This document shows positions 39,407 to 52,324 of a stretch of DNA of 64,000 nucleotides, piece after piece; position 1 is the first letter of the stretch; each line of letters opens with the position of its first letter. The notes under the pieces are model-generated. The model was not told the origin of the DNA and made no database searches. It saw only the letters and a program-made list of their open reading frames with translations. Origin of the DNA: Takakia lepidozioides (taxonomy: Eukaryota > Plantae > Bryophyta); contig CM060731.1 in the NCBI GenBank assembly GCA_030704615.1, positions 68,510,001 through 68,574,000 on the forward strand, read 5' to 3'. A program made the position numbers and the translations under genes.

Positions 39407-40600
39407 CTCTCTCCCCCCTATCCTATGCTGACGTTATGTCTTTCTCTCTCCCTATCCTATGCTGACGTTATGTCTTTCTCTCTCCCTATCCTATGCTGAC
39501 GTTATGTCTTTCTATCTCCCTATCCTATGCTGACGTTATTTCTCTCTCTCCCTATCCCATGCTGACGTTATGTCTTTCTCTCTCCCTATCCCATGCTGAC
39601 GATAAGTATATCTTTCTCTCTCCCTATCCCATGCTGACGTTAAGTATATCTTTCTATCTCCCTATCCTCTCTCTCCCTATCCCATGCTGACGTTACGTCT
39701 TTCTCTCTCCCTATCCCATGCTGACGTTACGTCTTTCTCTCTCCCTATCCTATGCTGACGTTATGTCTTTCTCTCTCCCTATCCCATGCTGACGTTATGT
39801 CTTTCTCTCTCCCTATCCCATGCTGACGTTAAGTATATCTTTCTCTCTCCCTATCCCATGCTGACGTTATGTCTTTCTCTCTCCCTATCCTATGCTGACG
39901 TTATGTCTTTCTCTCTCCCTATCCCATGCTGACGTTAAGTATATCTTTCTCTCTCCCTATCCCATGCTGACGTTATGTCTTTCTCTCTCCCTATCCCATG
40001 CTGACGTTATGTCTTTCTCTCTCCCTATCCTATGCTGCCGTTATGTCTTTCTCTCTCCCTATCCCATGCTGACGTTAAGTATATCTTTCTCTCTCCCTAT
40101 CCCATGCTGACGTTATGTCTTTCTCTCTCCCTATCCCATGCTGACGTTATGTCTTTCTCTCTCCCTATCCTATGCTGCCGTTATGTCTTTCTCTCTCCCT
40201 ATCCCATGCTGACGTTATGTCTTTCTCTCTCTATCCCATGCTGACGTTATGTCTTTCTCTCTCCCTATCCTATGCTGACGTTAAGTATATCTTTCTCTCT
40301 CCCTATCCCATGCTGACGTTAAGTATATCTTTCTCTCTCCCTATCCCATGCTGACGTTACGTCTTTCTCTCTCCCTATCCCATGCTAACGTTACGTCTTT
40401 CTCTCTCCCTATCCCATTCTCTCTCCCTATCCCATGCTGACGTTAAGTATATCTTTCTCTCTCCCTATCCCATGCTGACGTTATGTCTTTCTCTCTCCCT
40501 ATCCCATGCTGACGTTAAGTATATCTTTCTCTCTCCCTATCCCATGCTGACGTTAAGTATGTCTTTCTCTCTCCCTATCCCATGTTGACGTTATGTCTTC
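39407..40600. repeat. Minisatellite of 34-bp and 38-bp units (roughly 33 copies)
   Basis: Unit CTCTCTCCCTATCCYATGCTGACGTTATGTCTTT (34 bp), interspersed with a 38-bp variant ...GACGTTAAGTATATCTTT. Confidence 0.95.
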
Positions 40601-41884
40601 CTCTCTCTCTCTCTCTTTTATTCTGCAGTGTTGCTGTAGAGCTTGTGTCCCCCCGCATGTACCACCCTTCCACAAGGCTTCCACCCACTCCATAGATCGT
40701 GTAGATGGATACTATACAAGACAGCTCTCCGCAGCGGCTTGTGAGATTCAGATTAGCAGACTCCATCTTCTTTGTTGGAATGGGCATGAGTTTCATGTTG
40801 AACAGCAACGAAGGATATGAACTTGGGTGGCCTGGCAAATGAATTCCAGGCCTCTCCATGGGCAAGTTATCTAAAAATTAAAGGAAAAACAAAAAAAATG
40901 AATTCCGTAGTAGCCACAGTATTTCCGGCAGATAATGCTACAACCGCTCGTTCGGCGAAGCGCTTGAGGGCGTGAAGCGGGGGTAAGGGGTGTGGCGGCT
41001 CATTGGAATCGGAGGCGGAGCAGGGTATTGCAGGCCTAACGATAAGAAAAAGCGGGCGTGCGCCATCATGTATATTATAGATGATATTGAATTGACCATG
41101 CATGACTCCCCTTCCCAACAACTCCGGTTTAAACCTGTTGATATGTAGAGCAGTTTCATTTAACGAAGGATTCTTTTGAAGGTCCAAAAATAAGAGTTGG
41201 AGGGTCGGACAAATGGGATGGCGCAGAAAGGGGTGTCGGTAGGGTAATTTGGCTTGTGAGGTGTCAAGCAAAGCTCAATCAAGAAGGGAGTACCACATGG
41301 GATGCCGGGGAGTTTTTACTGTGGCTAGTTACGGTGTAGTCGGTGGGCCTGACCTTGGCTCGTTGTGTAACGGAGTCGGTGGCCCCATCAGCATGTAGTA
41401 TAGACATATGGAGTTGGCTTTCTAGATAGTTCTACTATTGCGGTGGGGTGAGAAGCAAACCACTAAGCTTAGTTGTTTGTAAATGGTATCTTCAACATGG
41501 TGCCAGTGTCAGTGTTTAAACACACCGGAAACTTAGCGGCCAAAATATGGTGGTGGTCAATGATTGGACGAATTTCTCAGGGCTACAATCCCCCTGTTAT
41601 CAACCAAAAAAACAAAAAAAAAACCATCATCAAGTGATGGTTGCATGCCCACGGGGTCGAGTCACGCACACAAGACCCATTAGAAGAGTAGACAAAGTCT
41701 TGAGGCTTATTATTGCTCATGCGAACGGATCTCGATTTGCATTCCTCACTTTCTCGCACTTTAGGACAGATTTTAATAATGAGGTCGATAGTCCCATTTT
41801 ATGAAATTCCAGCTTGGATTAATCAAGCTGAAACCCCTACTACCTCCTGACCTCACTTATACATGCCAGTAATAACAATGGCTA

Positions 41885-42612
41885 TAGCGCCAACCGGAGC
41901 TAGCGTAAATAAGAGTCTCTTCCCCTTGCGGAGACTGCCTCCTTAAGGGGGTGGGCTCTATCGGCACCTAATGAATCAAATAGTGGTTAGCCTCTCTATC
42001 GGGCCCACCCCCGAAAGGCGGCAGTAGCCGCAAGGCAAAGTGGCTCTTAGTTACGCCGGCTTCGGCCGGAGTCTTCTCTCTCTCTAGCCTCTCTATCCAT
42101 AACTCAAACATGGTTTCCCTTTTATTTTATTTTGTTTTTTTTTAAACGACATGCCACATAAGCTACAGTACCATGAGTATATAAACGTGAGCAACATATC
42201 CGGTAGATCTGGACAAGTCTTTGCAACAGGAAGGTGATTAGGTGAGGTCATGGGCTATATTCGGAAATTGTAGTTGATTTTGGCAAGTAGCTGTACCAGC
42301 GTTAATGAGTATATTTCCTACAACACTCATCATCCCCATGATAGCTTGGGCTCCTAATTGGCACGGTACTGACAATGCCACCTAATCGCCTAAGTGAGTG
42401 ACCTGCAATCTGCTCGTCTGTGCACATATGAGGTTGAGCATGCATGTAAACTTTGCTCATGCAGCTTTCTAGAATGATGTGAAAGCTAGACTCCAAAGAA
42501 CAAATCATTGCTTGGAGAAGATTGAGGTCAATGCTCGCCCCAAAGGGGGCAGTAGCCGCAATGTGAAGTGGCTCTTAGTTACACCGGCTTCGGCCAGAGT
42601 CATCTCTCTCTC
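41885..42612. repeat. Three copies of a ~75-bp structured repeat; two form an inverted pair
   Basis: 42000-42072 GGGCCCACCCCCGAAAGGCGGCAGTAGCCGCAAGGCAAAGTGGCTCTTAGTTACGCCGGCTTCGGCCGGAGT followed by (CT)n. Inverted diverged copy at 41885-41960; direct copy at 42535-42612. Confidence 0.7.
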
Positions 42613-43089
42613 ATACAAGCCATAAAATGTGCATTAACCTCCAACAATCGGGCAACCATGATTAACAAATATAGAACCAGCAAAATTTACTACTAGATTA
42701 CCATGAACTCACTTTCCAATGCAGCCATGGGATTATAAAGTAGCGTAGATATAGAAAATGTGTGACATTCGCCCCAATCAAAAAATACAAACCCCAGATT
42801 GAACCTGCTGTTGTTTTCATATTTAAGAAGCAGAGAAAAAACAAGAAAACCGATATTTGAATTTTGATAAACCAAGATGTACGTGTCCACTGGCAACAAC
42901 ATTATGAACTTTGCATTTCAGTCATATGCGGATATACTGTCTGCACTGGCGGAACTACTACTATCCCCCGAATCTTGGGCACTATCGTCCACGAAAATCG
43001 TTGCTCCGACGTGCCTCTTCAACCACAAGTCACTCTGAAGACCACAGACCACAGCTTTTTTCTTTTTTTCTTTTTTTTTATAATTATTT

Positions 43090-43162
43090 TTCCCTGGTTG
43101 GTTGGAAAAACAGTGTGCGGCGTCGCACACTGTTTTGGGGTCCAACCAACCAAGGGGCAAAA

Positions 43163-43206
<44 letters not shown>

Positions 43207-43265
43207 CCCCCAGTTGGTTGGAAAAACAGTGTGCGGCGCCGCACACTGTTTTTCCAATCAACCAC
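43090..43265. repeat. Two near-perfect ~55-bp palindromes separated by (TA)n
   Basis: GTTGGTTGGAAAAACAGTGTGCGGCG(T/C)CGCACACTGTTTT..CCAA.CAAC occurs twice, with a (TA)n tract at 43166-43205. Confidence 0.9.
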
Positions 43266-45669
43266 TCCCGCAAGGCTGCGACTGTCGGGAATCGCAACAA
43301 CACCCCCTCATACTTAGGCGCGTGGGGGGCCGAGTCAGCTTGCGCTGGGTTTTGCGACGTTTAGACGTCACCGAAATGCCACAATGGCGAGGTTGCAAAT
43401 CCTCGCAGTCGCAGGCCTACTGGGGCGTCACAAGTGTCATCTTGCCTGGGGGTCTAGGATTGGGGATTGCTGCTACGTAATAATTGTTTTTTGATTGTGT
43501 TTTGTTCTGTGAATTCGACCCTTGCACCACTACATCCGTGCAAAATATTGGACCAAAAACAAATAAAAAATAAAAAAATGTTTTCTTCGTTCACTATTGC
43601 AGAAACTCTCTATGAATAGTACATGAAGTTGACGACAACTCAACTTTGGAGTGCAAATGAGGGAAGAAAATACGGTTTTGGGGCCAAATAATTTTTATTC
43701 ACTCTTAAATTTTTCACGCACATTGCATATGCTGTCATTAAGCATATGGTTTAAGAATGGAATAAAAATAAAATCATTTGCAAACGAAATGCAGTTTTTC
43801 GTCTCTAAAACACGTAGATGTGTTCAATACAAATTTTGCATCCACATTGCACATGTTGTCATTAAGCATATGGTTTAAGAATGGAATAAATTTATTTCCT
43901 CATCAGACTCTGGAATGTAAAGACGCTGCAAGCTTTCCCCGTGATACAACAAAGACGAAAATGGATTTGGAAAACTAGGAAGTTTTGGCACTGAGTTGTT
44001 TTCTGAATTGTTCTAGCTTCTAAATAAACTGCGTGACCCCCTAGAGTGGCTGTGAGGATGCTGCATATGTCACTTCACAATCAGGAGTTTCACACGTTAT
44101 CATGTTTGGGACTGTTCGTTTCCACATGATGGTCCTGGGAGAAGTCTCTCAGCAAAATGTTGATACCCTGTATGATAGTGTTATTTCAATGCAGGTTGGT
44201 TCTCCAAGGATCCAACCATTTTGCGACATGTAGGAGACGCGTTGTTGCAACTGCCAACTATGGATCCTCCGCGATCCAAACGTTTCTATATTGCTGATCA
44301 TCTCTTCAGTTTGTCATCTCTATCCACAGTCAGGACTCTGGATGTGCTAGCAAGGGCAGTGCAGACGACCCTTAGACGTAGGCTATTTTCCACCGTGACC
44401 TAATTCCCCTTGTCAGACCTACCCATTTACTCATAATAAGTTTTTGCCTGTGTCACACGGAAAACTTACAAGTGGAATCTCTCTCTATGTCTCTCAACAT
44501 TCATGTTCCAAATGTATAGTAGAAAATACATCAAGTTAGGTGATAGCTACATTTGATGTATATGTTTTTTACTGCCTGAACTGGGAGGAAATACTGTAAC
44601 ATTTATGAGGTCCGCAATTTTATGTAAATATCTTCCTTTGGGGCATCATGCCTGAATGCTTCACTGGTTTAGGGGACACTAGAAGGGATCTGAGGTTCCG
44701 AAGGTTGTTGGAATTAGTCCCCCAGTCTGGGTCTGACAACTCTAATTCTCTTCATCTCGGACAAACAAGAAGGCATTGTTTGGAATAACTGTAGGAAAGC
44801 TTGTAAGGCGTAAAATATGAAAGTATGGTTGGCACAGAATGGAACAGGAAAGTGAGTGTAAGCCTGCGGGGCTTGCAAATAGTGAGTGAGAGAGAAAGTA
44901 CTTTCAACCTGTCCGTCCTTGCGCCACTGCGTAAGAAGTAGAGCTAGTGTATAGTCCATGTTATCCGCCATAGCTACAAAGCTATAGCTTTGGCTCTTCA
45001 CAAGGTGAAGGGGGATTGGTGGGGCAACACTAGTTCAAGTGTCAAGTTAAATAAGCACAGTGTGAAAACAGTTAGAATAAAGCTAGTTATTTGTATTTAA
45101 CACTTGGATTTAGGTCAAGTGTTAAATCAGGTGTCAAGTTTAGTTTGACACCTGGTCCGTCTTATCTTCACGAGAGCGGCAGTCGCGCAGCTCATCTCTC
45201 TCGAGTGATAAACAAACCAACGAACACACTGTTGACACAAAACCTGAAAACCAAAACCATCATCACTCTTTGAAATAGTAGTCGAGCCAGGGGCACCCCA
45301 AGCTATGGGGACTCCACCCCACAACAACCTACACTCCCATCATGAGTATACTCAAATCTGAACGCACGCAGGAGCTCATTGTGGCAGACTACTTTATTGT
45401 AGATATATGTGTGGTGTGGTTTGGACAGCGATGAAGTTGTGTAGCGATATGTATGCGCACGACACAAGAGACAAAAGAGGGACGCAACTATAGTGGCGGA
45501 TCCACTGGCCACAAGGAATCCACAGGATGATATTTCCATAGTTCATGTGCAGGATAATGAGCAGCATCACAAGGGGCTGTTATTACTGGAAGCACGGCCT
45601 TCAGAGAGGGAGGAAGAAGTCACCTCAGTACCACAGCCACCATAGCCAGCTGACCCGGTTGCCCAAGGG

Positions 45670-46428
45670 GTGACTCAGATTGGACATATTGTTACACCGG
45701 AGCCTCTTACGGTGGAAGGAGAACGGTTGGACATCCCCACTACAGAGCAAGTAGTGGCAGAAATTGAGAAGGGCAACCTTCTCTATGAAAACTCTGGCAT
45801 GGTCAGAGAACCCATGGTACCAAAGATGCAGAGCTTGCCCAAGGGAATCCCTGCAGTGCAGGTTATGCCCAAACCTGTGGCAGAGATTAAAGTGATAAAT
45901 GGCAAAGGAACTGCAGCACATGTGGAGGATGAGGTTGCTCAGGAAGAAGATCATTTGGGATCATGGCCTGACTGGTTTGTGAAACATCAAACTGTGGAGA
46001 ATCAGGAGGAACAGCAACAAGTTCTCCATGAAGACCCACAGCAGGCCATGCTTATGAGTTCCATAAGCAGGACTCTCAACCTATTGCGCACCTATGTCAA
46101 GACTCATGTTCCTTCCACACAATTGGCAGCAGAGCAAGAGAAGTTGCATGAAGTACATAAGCAACAGCTATACCAGTTGCAGGTTAAGCATGAAAGCAAG
46201 TTGCAGGAAGTGAAGTTGCTTCATACAGAATTAGAAGAAGTCCATCAGAGAATGACCATACAGTGTGCCACATTAACGATTACTCTGGAGCTGACTGCAC
46301 TAGAAGTTAAGAACCAAGCTGAGAGATGTTTAATGGTGGAGGCTGAGTCAGTGGAGCAAGGGAAACTCATTGCTAACATGAAGGCTACTATCTGTTGCAA
46401 TGAGGATACCATTCAGCAGTACCGTTAG
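45670..46428 (+). other. Unidentified ORF with a coiled-coil-like E/Q/K-rich C-terminus (TE cargo or accessory ORF)
   Basis: 252-aa open frame inside the inverted repeats. No family recognised. Confidence 0.35.
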
Positions 46429-46699
46429 ATCGATGCCCAGAAGGACAGGTACAGACATGATTCCCTCATAGCAAAAAAGCCCAGCTGGCGCCCGAATGCC
46501 TTCATTGTGGACGACGTTGAAGCAGATGGAATGCATAAAGAATGCTTGCATTGTTTTTTTGCACTGTCTCCATAGAAGGCCAACGATCGTTGAAGCTTTT
46601 AATTGCGTAATAATTGATGAAGATGTACAACAAGTAGAAGCAGAGACTGATATTATCACCCAGATGAGGAACTGAAGCAGATCATTCTTGTTGGAGATC

Positions 46700-48310
46700 A
46701 CTCGGTGTATAAAGCTTTGGCCTTATTTCAAAATCAACATCAAAACAAACTTCAAATCAACAAATCATCAAATCAAATCATGAATACAATACAATTGCAC
46801 GTCGTTGCTTTTGTGGGAGTTGTTTGACATAATCACCTAAGTCGTAGCTAGCAGACATCCACTGTCAGGAGACAACGTTGACATCTAGATACATCAGATA
46901 ACTTGTAGAGAACCTCGGATTATGTGCATGCTAAACTTCTTTGGTGGCATCCTCGATTCCTTGACGAATTCGAAAGATTTTGTCATAGAACGACGCAATT
47001 GCAATCGGCCCCAAATACTCTTCGTCACAGAAAAACGCGCGCACATGCTGAGGTAGGATGGTGGAGAGAAGCAAAACCTCGGATGATTTTGCTTTGTATA
47101 TCGGATGAGATCCCATTAACATTTCCACCTCCATCTGATTTACATAGCGTAGAGTCTTGGTGCCAATTTGCATCACTTGCTCTAGTTGCACGTCGCTGTA
47201 TTTGTGGGAATTGTTTCACATAATCACCTAAGTTGTAGCAGGCATCCAATGTCAGGAGACAACGTTGAGATGTAGATACATCAGATAACTTATAGGGAAC
47301 CTTGGACTAGGCGCATACTAAACTTCTTTGGTGGCATCCTCGATTCATGACGAATTCGAAAGGTGGACAATCTCATCAAAAAAATCCAAGAACTTGAGAA
47401 AGCACCTCAGAATCTACAGAAGGAGAGAGACAGACAACTAGGTTCTCCCTCCTCTTGAATGCCATCACAAAAAACTCGCGCACATGCTCAGGTAGGATGG
47501 TAGAGATAAGCACAACATCGGATGATTTCGCTTTGTAAAAAACTTTGGCTTTATTTCAAGATCGTGGTTATTGGTTTTCAAGCGATTCCTTGACGAATTC
47601 GAAAGGACAACAATATCATCGAAAAAATCCAAGAGCTTGAGAAAGCAGCTCGGAATCTAAAGGAGGAGAGAGACATACAAGTGGGTTCTCCCTCCCCTCG
47701 AACGCCATCACCAAAAACTTGCGCACATGCTCAAGTAGGATGGTAGAGATAAGCACAACATTGGATGATTTCGCTTTGTGTAAAGCTTTGCCCTTATTTC
47801 AATATCGTTGTTATTAGTTTTCAAGTTCGTTGTCTCTACTGTCCGGAGACAACGTTGACATCTAGATTTATTAAATAACTTATAGAGAGCGTCGGATTAG
47901 GCATATACTAAACTTCTTTGGTACATCCTCGATTCTTTGACGAATTTGAATGGTTTTGTCACATAACGATGCAATTGCAATCCATGCAATACTCTTCGTC
48001 AGATAAAAACGCGCGCACATGCTCAGGTATGATGGTAGAGAGAAGCACAACATCGAATGATTTTGCTTTGTATAAAGCTTTGGCCTTAATTCAAAATGAA
48101 CATCAAATCACGAAATCATCAATCATCTATCATCAAACCATCAAATACAATAATGAAATAAAGTCAACTAATTATTTCTGGAGGAACAAGATATTATTGC
48201 AAGACCATTGATCAAAGGTGCAATTCTCTTCGTCACAAATCAACTCAAGCACATGCTCAGGTATGACGGTAGAGAGAAGCACAACATCGGATGATTTTGC
48301 AAACATCAAA
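46700..48310 (-). repeat. Tandem degenerate copies of an unidentified coding-like segment
   Basis: Recurring blocks GCGCACATGCTCAGGTA.GATGGTAGAGA.AAGCACAACATCGGATGATTT and GGAGACAACGTTGACATCTAGAT. Minus translation KAKSSEVLLLSTILPQHVRAFFCDEE..IRQGIEDATKEV and variants. Confidence 0.7.
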
Positions 48311-48504
48311 TGAATAGATTGTCTTAGGTGGAACTAAACTCTTTGGCGATTGAAACTAAAATTAAGGTTTTTACTTCCCACCCACCTGGACTGGAGGTAA
48401 GCTGAGATAAAAACTAGACTCTAGTGCAATAGAAACTTTTCTAGGCAGACGATGTCATTAAATTTCTTCGAAGAGATCAGTCAAATCTTGTCTTCACATG
48501 ACAG

Positions 48505-48600
48505 TAATAGCTCTCTCTCTTTGTTTCGCCCAAACTAGGCGCGGGTCTACGGCCGTAAGGTTACGGCAAACAACGTCTTATGAGTACATTCGCTCTCTCC
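48505..48600 (+). mobile_element. RTE-X-like LINE 3' tip
   Basis: GCGCGGGTCTACGGCCGTAAGGTTACGGCAAACAACGTCTTATGAGTACATTCGCTCTCT, flanked by CT runs. Confidence 0.75.
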
Positions 48601-49884
48601 CCCCTTTTTTTTATATATATATTCTTTTTGCTGCATTCATTCATACTCATCTCTCTTTTAATTCCACTTTCAAGCCATATGTTTAATGACAACATATGCA
48701 ATGTACGGGCAAAAATTGGGAGTAAACAAAAAGTCATCTGGACCCAAAACCATATTTTCTTCCCTCATTTGTACTCCAAAGTTAAGTTCTCTACAACTTC
48801 ATGCACTCTTCATAGAGAGCCTAAAAAAGTGAGCAAAGATTTTTTATTTTTTATTTATTTTTAAAATTTTGGTCCAATATTTTGCACAGATGTAGTGGTG
48901 CAAGGGTTGAATTCACAAAAACAAATTGAGTAAAAAAAAAAAATACGTACCAGAAATCCCCAATCCTAGACCCCCAGTCTAGAGGGTACTGCGACGTCCT
49001 AGTGACGTGCGGGAGTCGCAACGTCACCATTTCCCCTTGGACGCCCAGCTCGACGGGGTCACTCTCCCCGAGGGGGAAAAAAAAAAAAAAAAAAATGGTT
49101 GGGGGGGGGGGGTGATTGAGCAGCTGCTCCCTCTCTCTCCCTCTCTCCCTCTCTTCCCACATCATGAGGGAGAGAGGGAGAGAGGCAGCGAGGGAGAGGG
49201 AGAGAGAGGGACTGTTGAAGGGGGGAAAAAACAAAAAAAAAAAATGGGGGGGGGCAGCTGCTCCAGTCACTTCCCCACCCCCCCACCATTTTTTATTTAC
49301 TTTTTCCCCCTCAACAGTCCCTCTCTCTTCACATCCTGATGGGACAGAGGGAGACAAAGGGACAGAGGGACAGAGAGGGAGAGAGTGGGAGAGATGAGGG
49401 AAGAAAAATAAAAAAGAAGGTTGGGGGGAGTGACTCAGCAGCTGCTGCTGCTCAGTCACTTCCCCCCCCCCACCTTTTCTTTTTTTTGTTTGTGGAATGG
49501 TGGGGGGTGCTGAAAGCAGCTTGCTGCTGCTGGTCTTAGGCCCCCCCGACCTTTCATTTTTTGGTTTTGGCAATGGTGGGGGCGCTGAGAGCTGCAGAAG
49601 CAAGTACTTGCTGCTGCTGCTCTCAGTCCCCCCCACCTTTTTCTTTTTTCTTTTTGGAATGGTGGGGGGCTGACAGCAGCAGCAAGTGCTGGTGCTCTCA
49701 GCACCCCCCCCCCCCCCTCTTTTCATTTTTTGCTTATCAGCAGAGAGAGAAAGGGGGAGATGGAGGAGGACATAAAGATAGAGGGAGAGGGAGAGAGGGG
49801 AAGGGGGAGGGTCAGGCCTTGTTGGTTTTTGGCATGTGAAATCACACGGTAGTAGTGTTGTGGGCGCAGGGATAAGCTAGTAGT

Positions 49885-52075
49885 ATGGCGAAGGACAAGG
49901 AGAAGGGGCTGCCGAAGGACAAGGAGAAGCGCCGCCGAAAGAGCAAAAATCGCCTGCCGCTAAGGTAGGGAAGCCTAACAACGCTCCCGTCATTGACGGC
50001 CGTGTGACACGGTCCAGTTGGTCCAAACTCACCAGCCCTTGTGGCTATTTGAGAGGACCAAGCCGTAAGGCCGTCGAGGCCTCCACGCCCTCGAAGGTTG
50101 AGGCTGGGGATGAGCCTCCACTTGAGGGTGGTGCACCCAATGTTCAAGCTGGGACGCCACCCCACGGGCTGATGGAGGGCCCTGCCTTTTACGCGGGGAA
50201 GCGCATTCTCAGATCTGCCGCCAGGTATGGGCAACTTGATCTTAGCCCCACCGCCAATGCCTTTTCTTCTTCTTCTGCAGCCAAGAGGGCTTATAAGGGA
50301 GGGGCTCAGAAGGGGGTGGGTTCCGCAATGAGGTGGAAGGAGGAGGAAAGGAAGAGGGAGGAAGTCAAGAAGAGGGAAGAGGGAAATAAGGGGGCACGGG
50401 AAAAGGAGGGGGAAGAGGAGAGGGTGACATTGGCTATGGAGGGCCCCTTGCAAAGTCCGTCACTTGAACGGTCAATGAAGAAGACCCTGGACTTTGGGGC
50501 GCCGCCTGCGAGCCTATTGGGTGCATGGGATAGGCTTCCACCCTTATTCCGATAGGGCGTTATGGGGGGTGCACCACAAGCGGGGACCGAGGGCAACATT
50601 GAGGTCATGGACGCAAAGGTGAGCCTCTTTCCTTCATATTTTTTTCTTTCCTTTGCCTTTCATTTTGTTTTTGGTTTGTTTCTAATTTTGTGGGTTTTGT
50701 GTTCAGGAGCTTGGCGCATTCGTGGCTAAGCTTGTGGCAAGCAGTGGGATTGCCACCGACAAAGCAAGGACAGTGGTGGTGCCTACCCGTGGGGACGGTA
50801 AGAGGAAGAGGAAAAGACGTCGTGTCCTCGAGGTTCCCCTAATCATCAAGGAGGGTAGGGAAGTAGTGGAGGGGAAGGGGAAAGGACAGGCCCAGGAGAG
50901 GGAGCGTAAGAGAAAGAGGCATAGAAGGAGAGAGGTGCAGCTGGGGGAGGGCACTAGTGGGGGAACAAAAGACAAGGGGGAGCTAGTTCAGATGAGCGTG
51001 CAGCCGGTGGAGGGCATTAGCGGGGCAACAAAAGACAAGGGAGAGGTAGTTCAAAAGAGCGTGGACGAGGTAAAGACCTCGGGTCCCCGCAACCTTGATT
51101 TGCCAAAGATGAAGGTACCCCCCTTAGAGACCAATAAGGTCGGTGACCCCATTGGTGAGTATTGGGAGACCATGAAAAAAGTAGCCTTCGACTTGGCGGT
51201 GAGGTGGTTCCCTTGGTATATTGATTGGCCACGCCAATCACATCGCCATAGGCGAGCATTCGTGCAAGCACTTGAGGACACATTTTCGGGTGAGTGGAAT
51301 GAGGGGAAACTCTTGGAGCTGGTGGGAAAGAACCTCAAGGACAAGAGGTACCGTGCGCGACAAACCATTCGCAAGGCACTCAAGGTGGGGGTCAAACCAA
51401 CGACCATGCCACATGGAATAACCAAGGTAAGACGCACTTCACTTGTCATTGGTGTCTTTGAATGCATGTTCATTGCGGTATGGAGTTCATTAACATTTAT
51501 AGTGTTTTTGTTGGGGCTGGACAAGAATCTTGGGAGGCTCTCATCACAGGGGAGAGGGAAGAGCTGAAGACGGAGATCTTCGCAAGGGGACGTGCGGCAA
51601 CTGCAGCCCGCCTCGAGAAGTGTGCGGAATCAACACACAAGTGGGGCCCCGGTGGAACCAAGAGTTTTGTCACCCAATTCGTAAGTGTTCTTTCTCTTGT
51701 CATACCCATTCTTCTTTTTTAGCTTCTCCCTTCCATTATGAATTCTGACCTGTCATTGCATTTGTATGTCATGTGCAAAAAAAGAAGTTTCAGAGGCCTC
51801 CCTCCGCCATCGAGCACAACTTTTTCAAGACTCAGGGGTGGAAAGCCCTTGTAGCCTCAATGGCCAAGACGCCACAATTGACGGAGGATAGTGCATCTGT
51901 AGGGGTGGGGATGGGTAGTTCAGTGGCTCGGCCAGATGGGGGAGAGCCAGTAGTAGAGGGTGGTTCGAAGGATGATGTAATCTCGGACTCGGCCTCATCC
52001 TCCTCCAAATTGGAGGCCCAACGTAGCTTGCATTCCTCGGACGAGTACACCTATGACTCAGGTGATGAGGAGTGA
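49885..52075 (+). mobile_element. CACTA TnpA-like (Transposase_24/Ptta-En/Spm type) spliced gene, degenerate
   Basis: ..KNLKDKRYRAR..PHGITK|GT..ESWEALI..AARLEKCAESTHKWGPGG..FVTQF|GT..KKFQRPPS resembles the TnpA PxxIxxxxWxxL...HxxGxxG pattern. Stops in the 5' part. Confidence 0.55.
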
Positions 52076-52324
52076 GGGATGGTTCCCAGTTAGAGACATG
52101 TAAAGGTAGTACTCGCTTTATGTATACATTTATTCAGTTGCCATTTCGATCCTCATTCTAACCTGAATGGACATGTGGATTCTAATCTAACCTATAGATT
52201 AGAATGTATGCAATTCATGCAAGCACGAAGCACACCCCAACCCCCAAGAACCCCCCCCCCCCCCCCCCCAAACGAAAAAAAAAACCCCAAAACCCCACCC
52301 CAAATACCAGTTGGCTACCCTCCC

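Larger units (their letters stand above)
43445..48978. repeat. Long inverted-repeat pair enclosing ~5.3 kb
   Basis: 43445-43580 (CTGGGGGTCTAGGATTGGGGATT..GTGAATTCGACCCTTGCACCACTACATCCGTGCAAAATATTGGACCAAAA) is the reverse complement of 48840-48978. Confidence 0.85.

Noticed and set aside
39407-40600. CRISPR-like array, or the repetitive ORFs listed here
   Set aside because: Units are contiguous with no unique spacers, the context is eukaryotic and no cas genes are present. The ORFs are translations of the minisatellite.
43528-48898. Stand-alone CACTA element bounded by CACTACAT...ATGTAGTG
   Set aside because: The flanks are CAC and GTG, so there is no direct 3-bp TSD, and the inverted similarity extends ~80 bp outward. 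These are not true termini.
48851-49839. Long ORFs on both strands
   Set aside because: Low-complexity G/A/C/T runs in a TE leader, not credible proteins.
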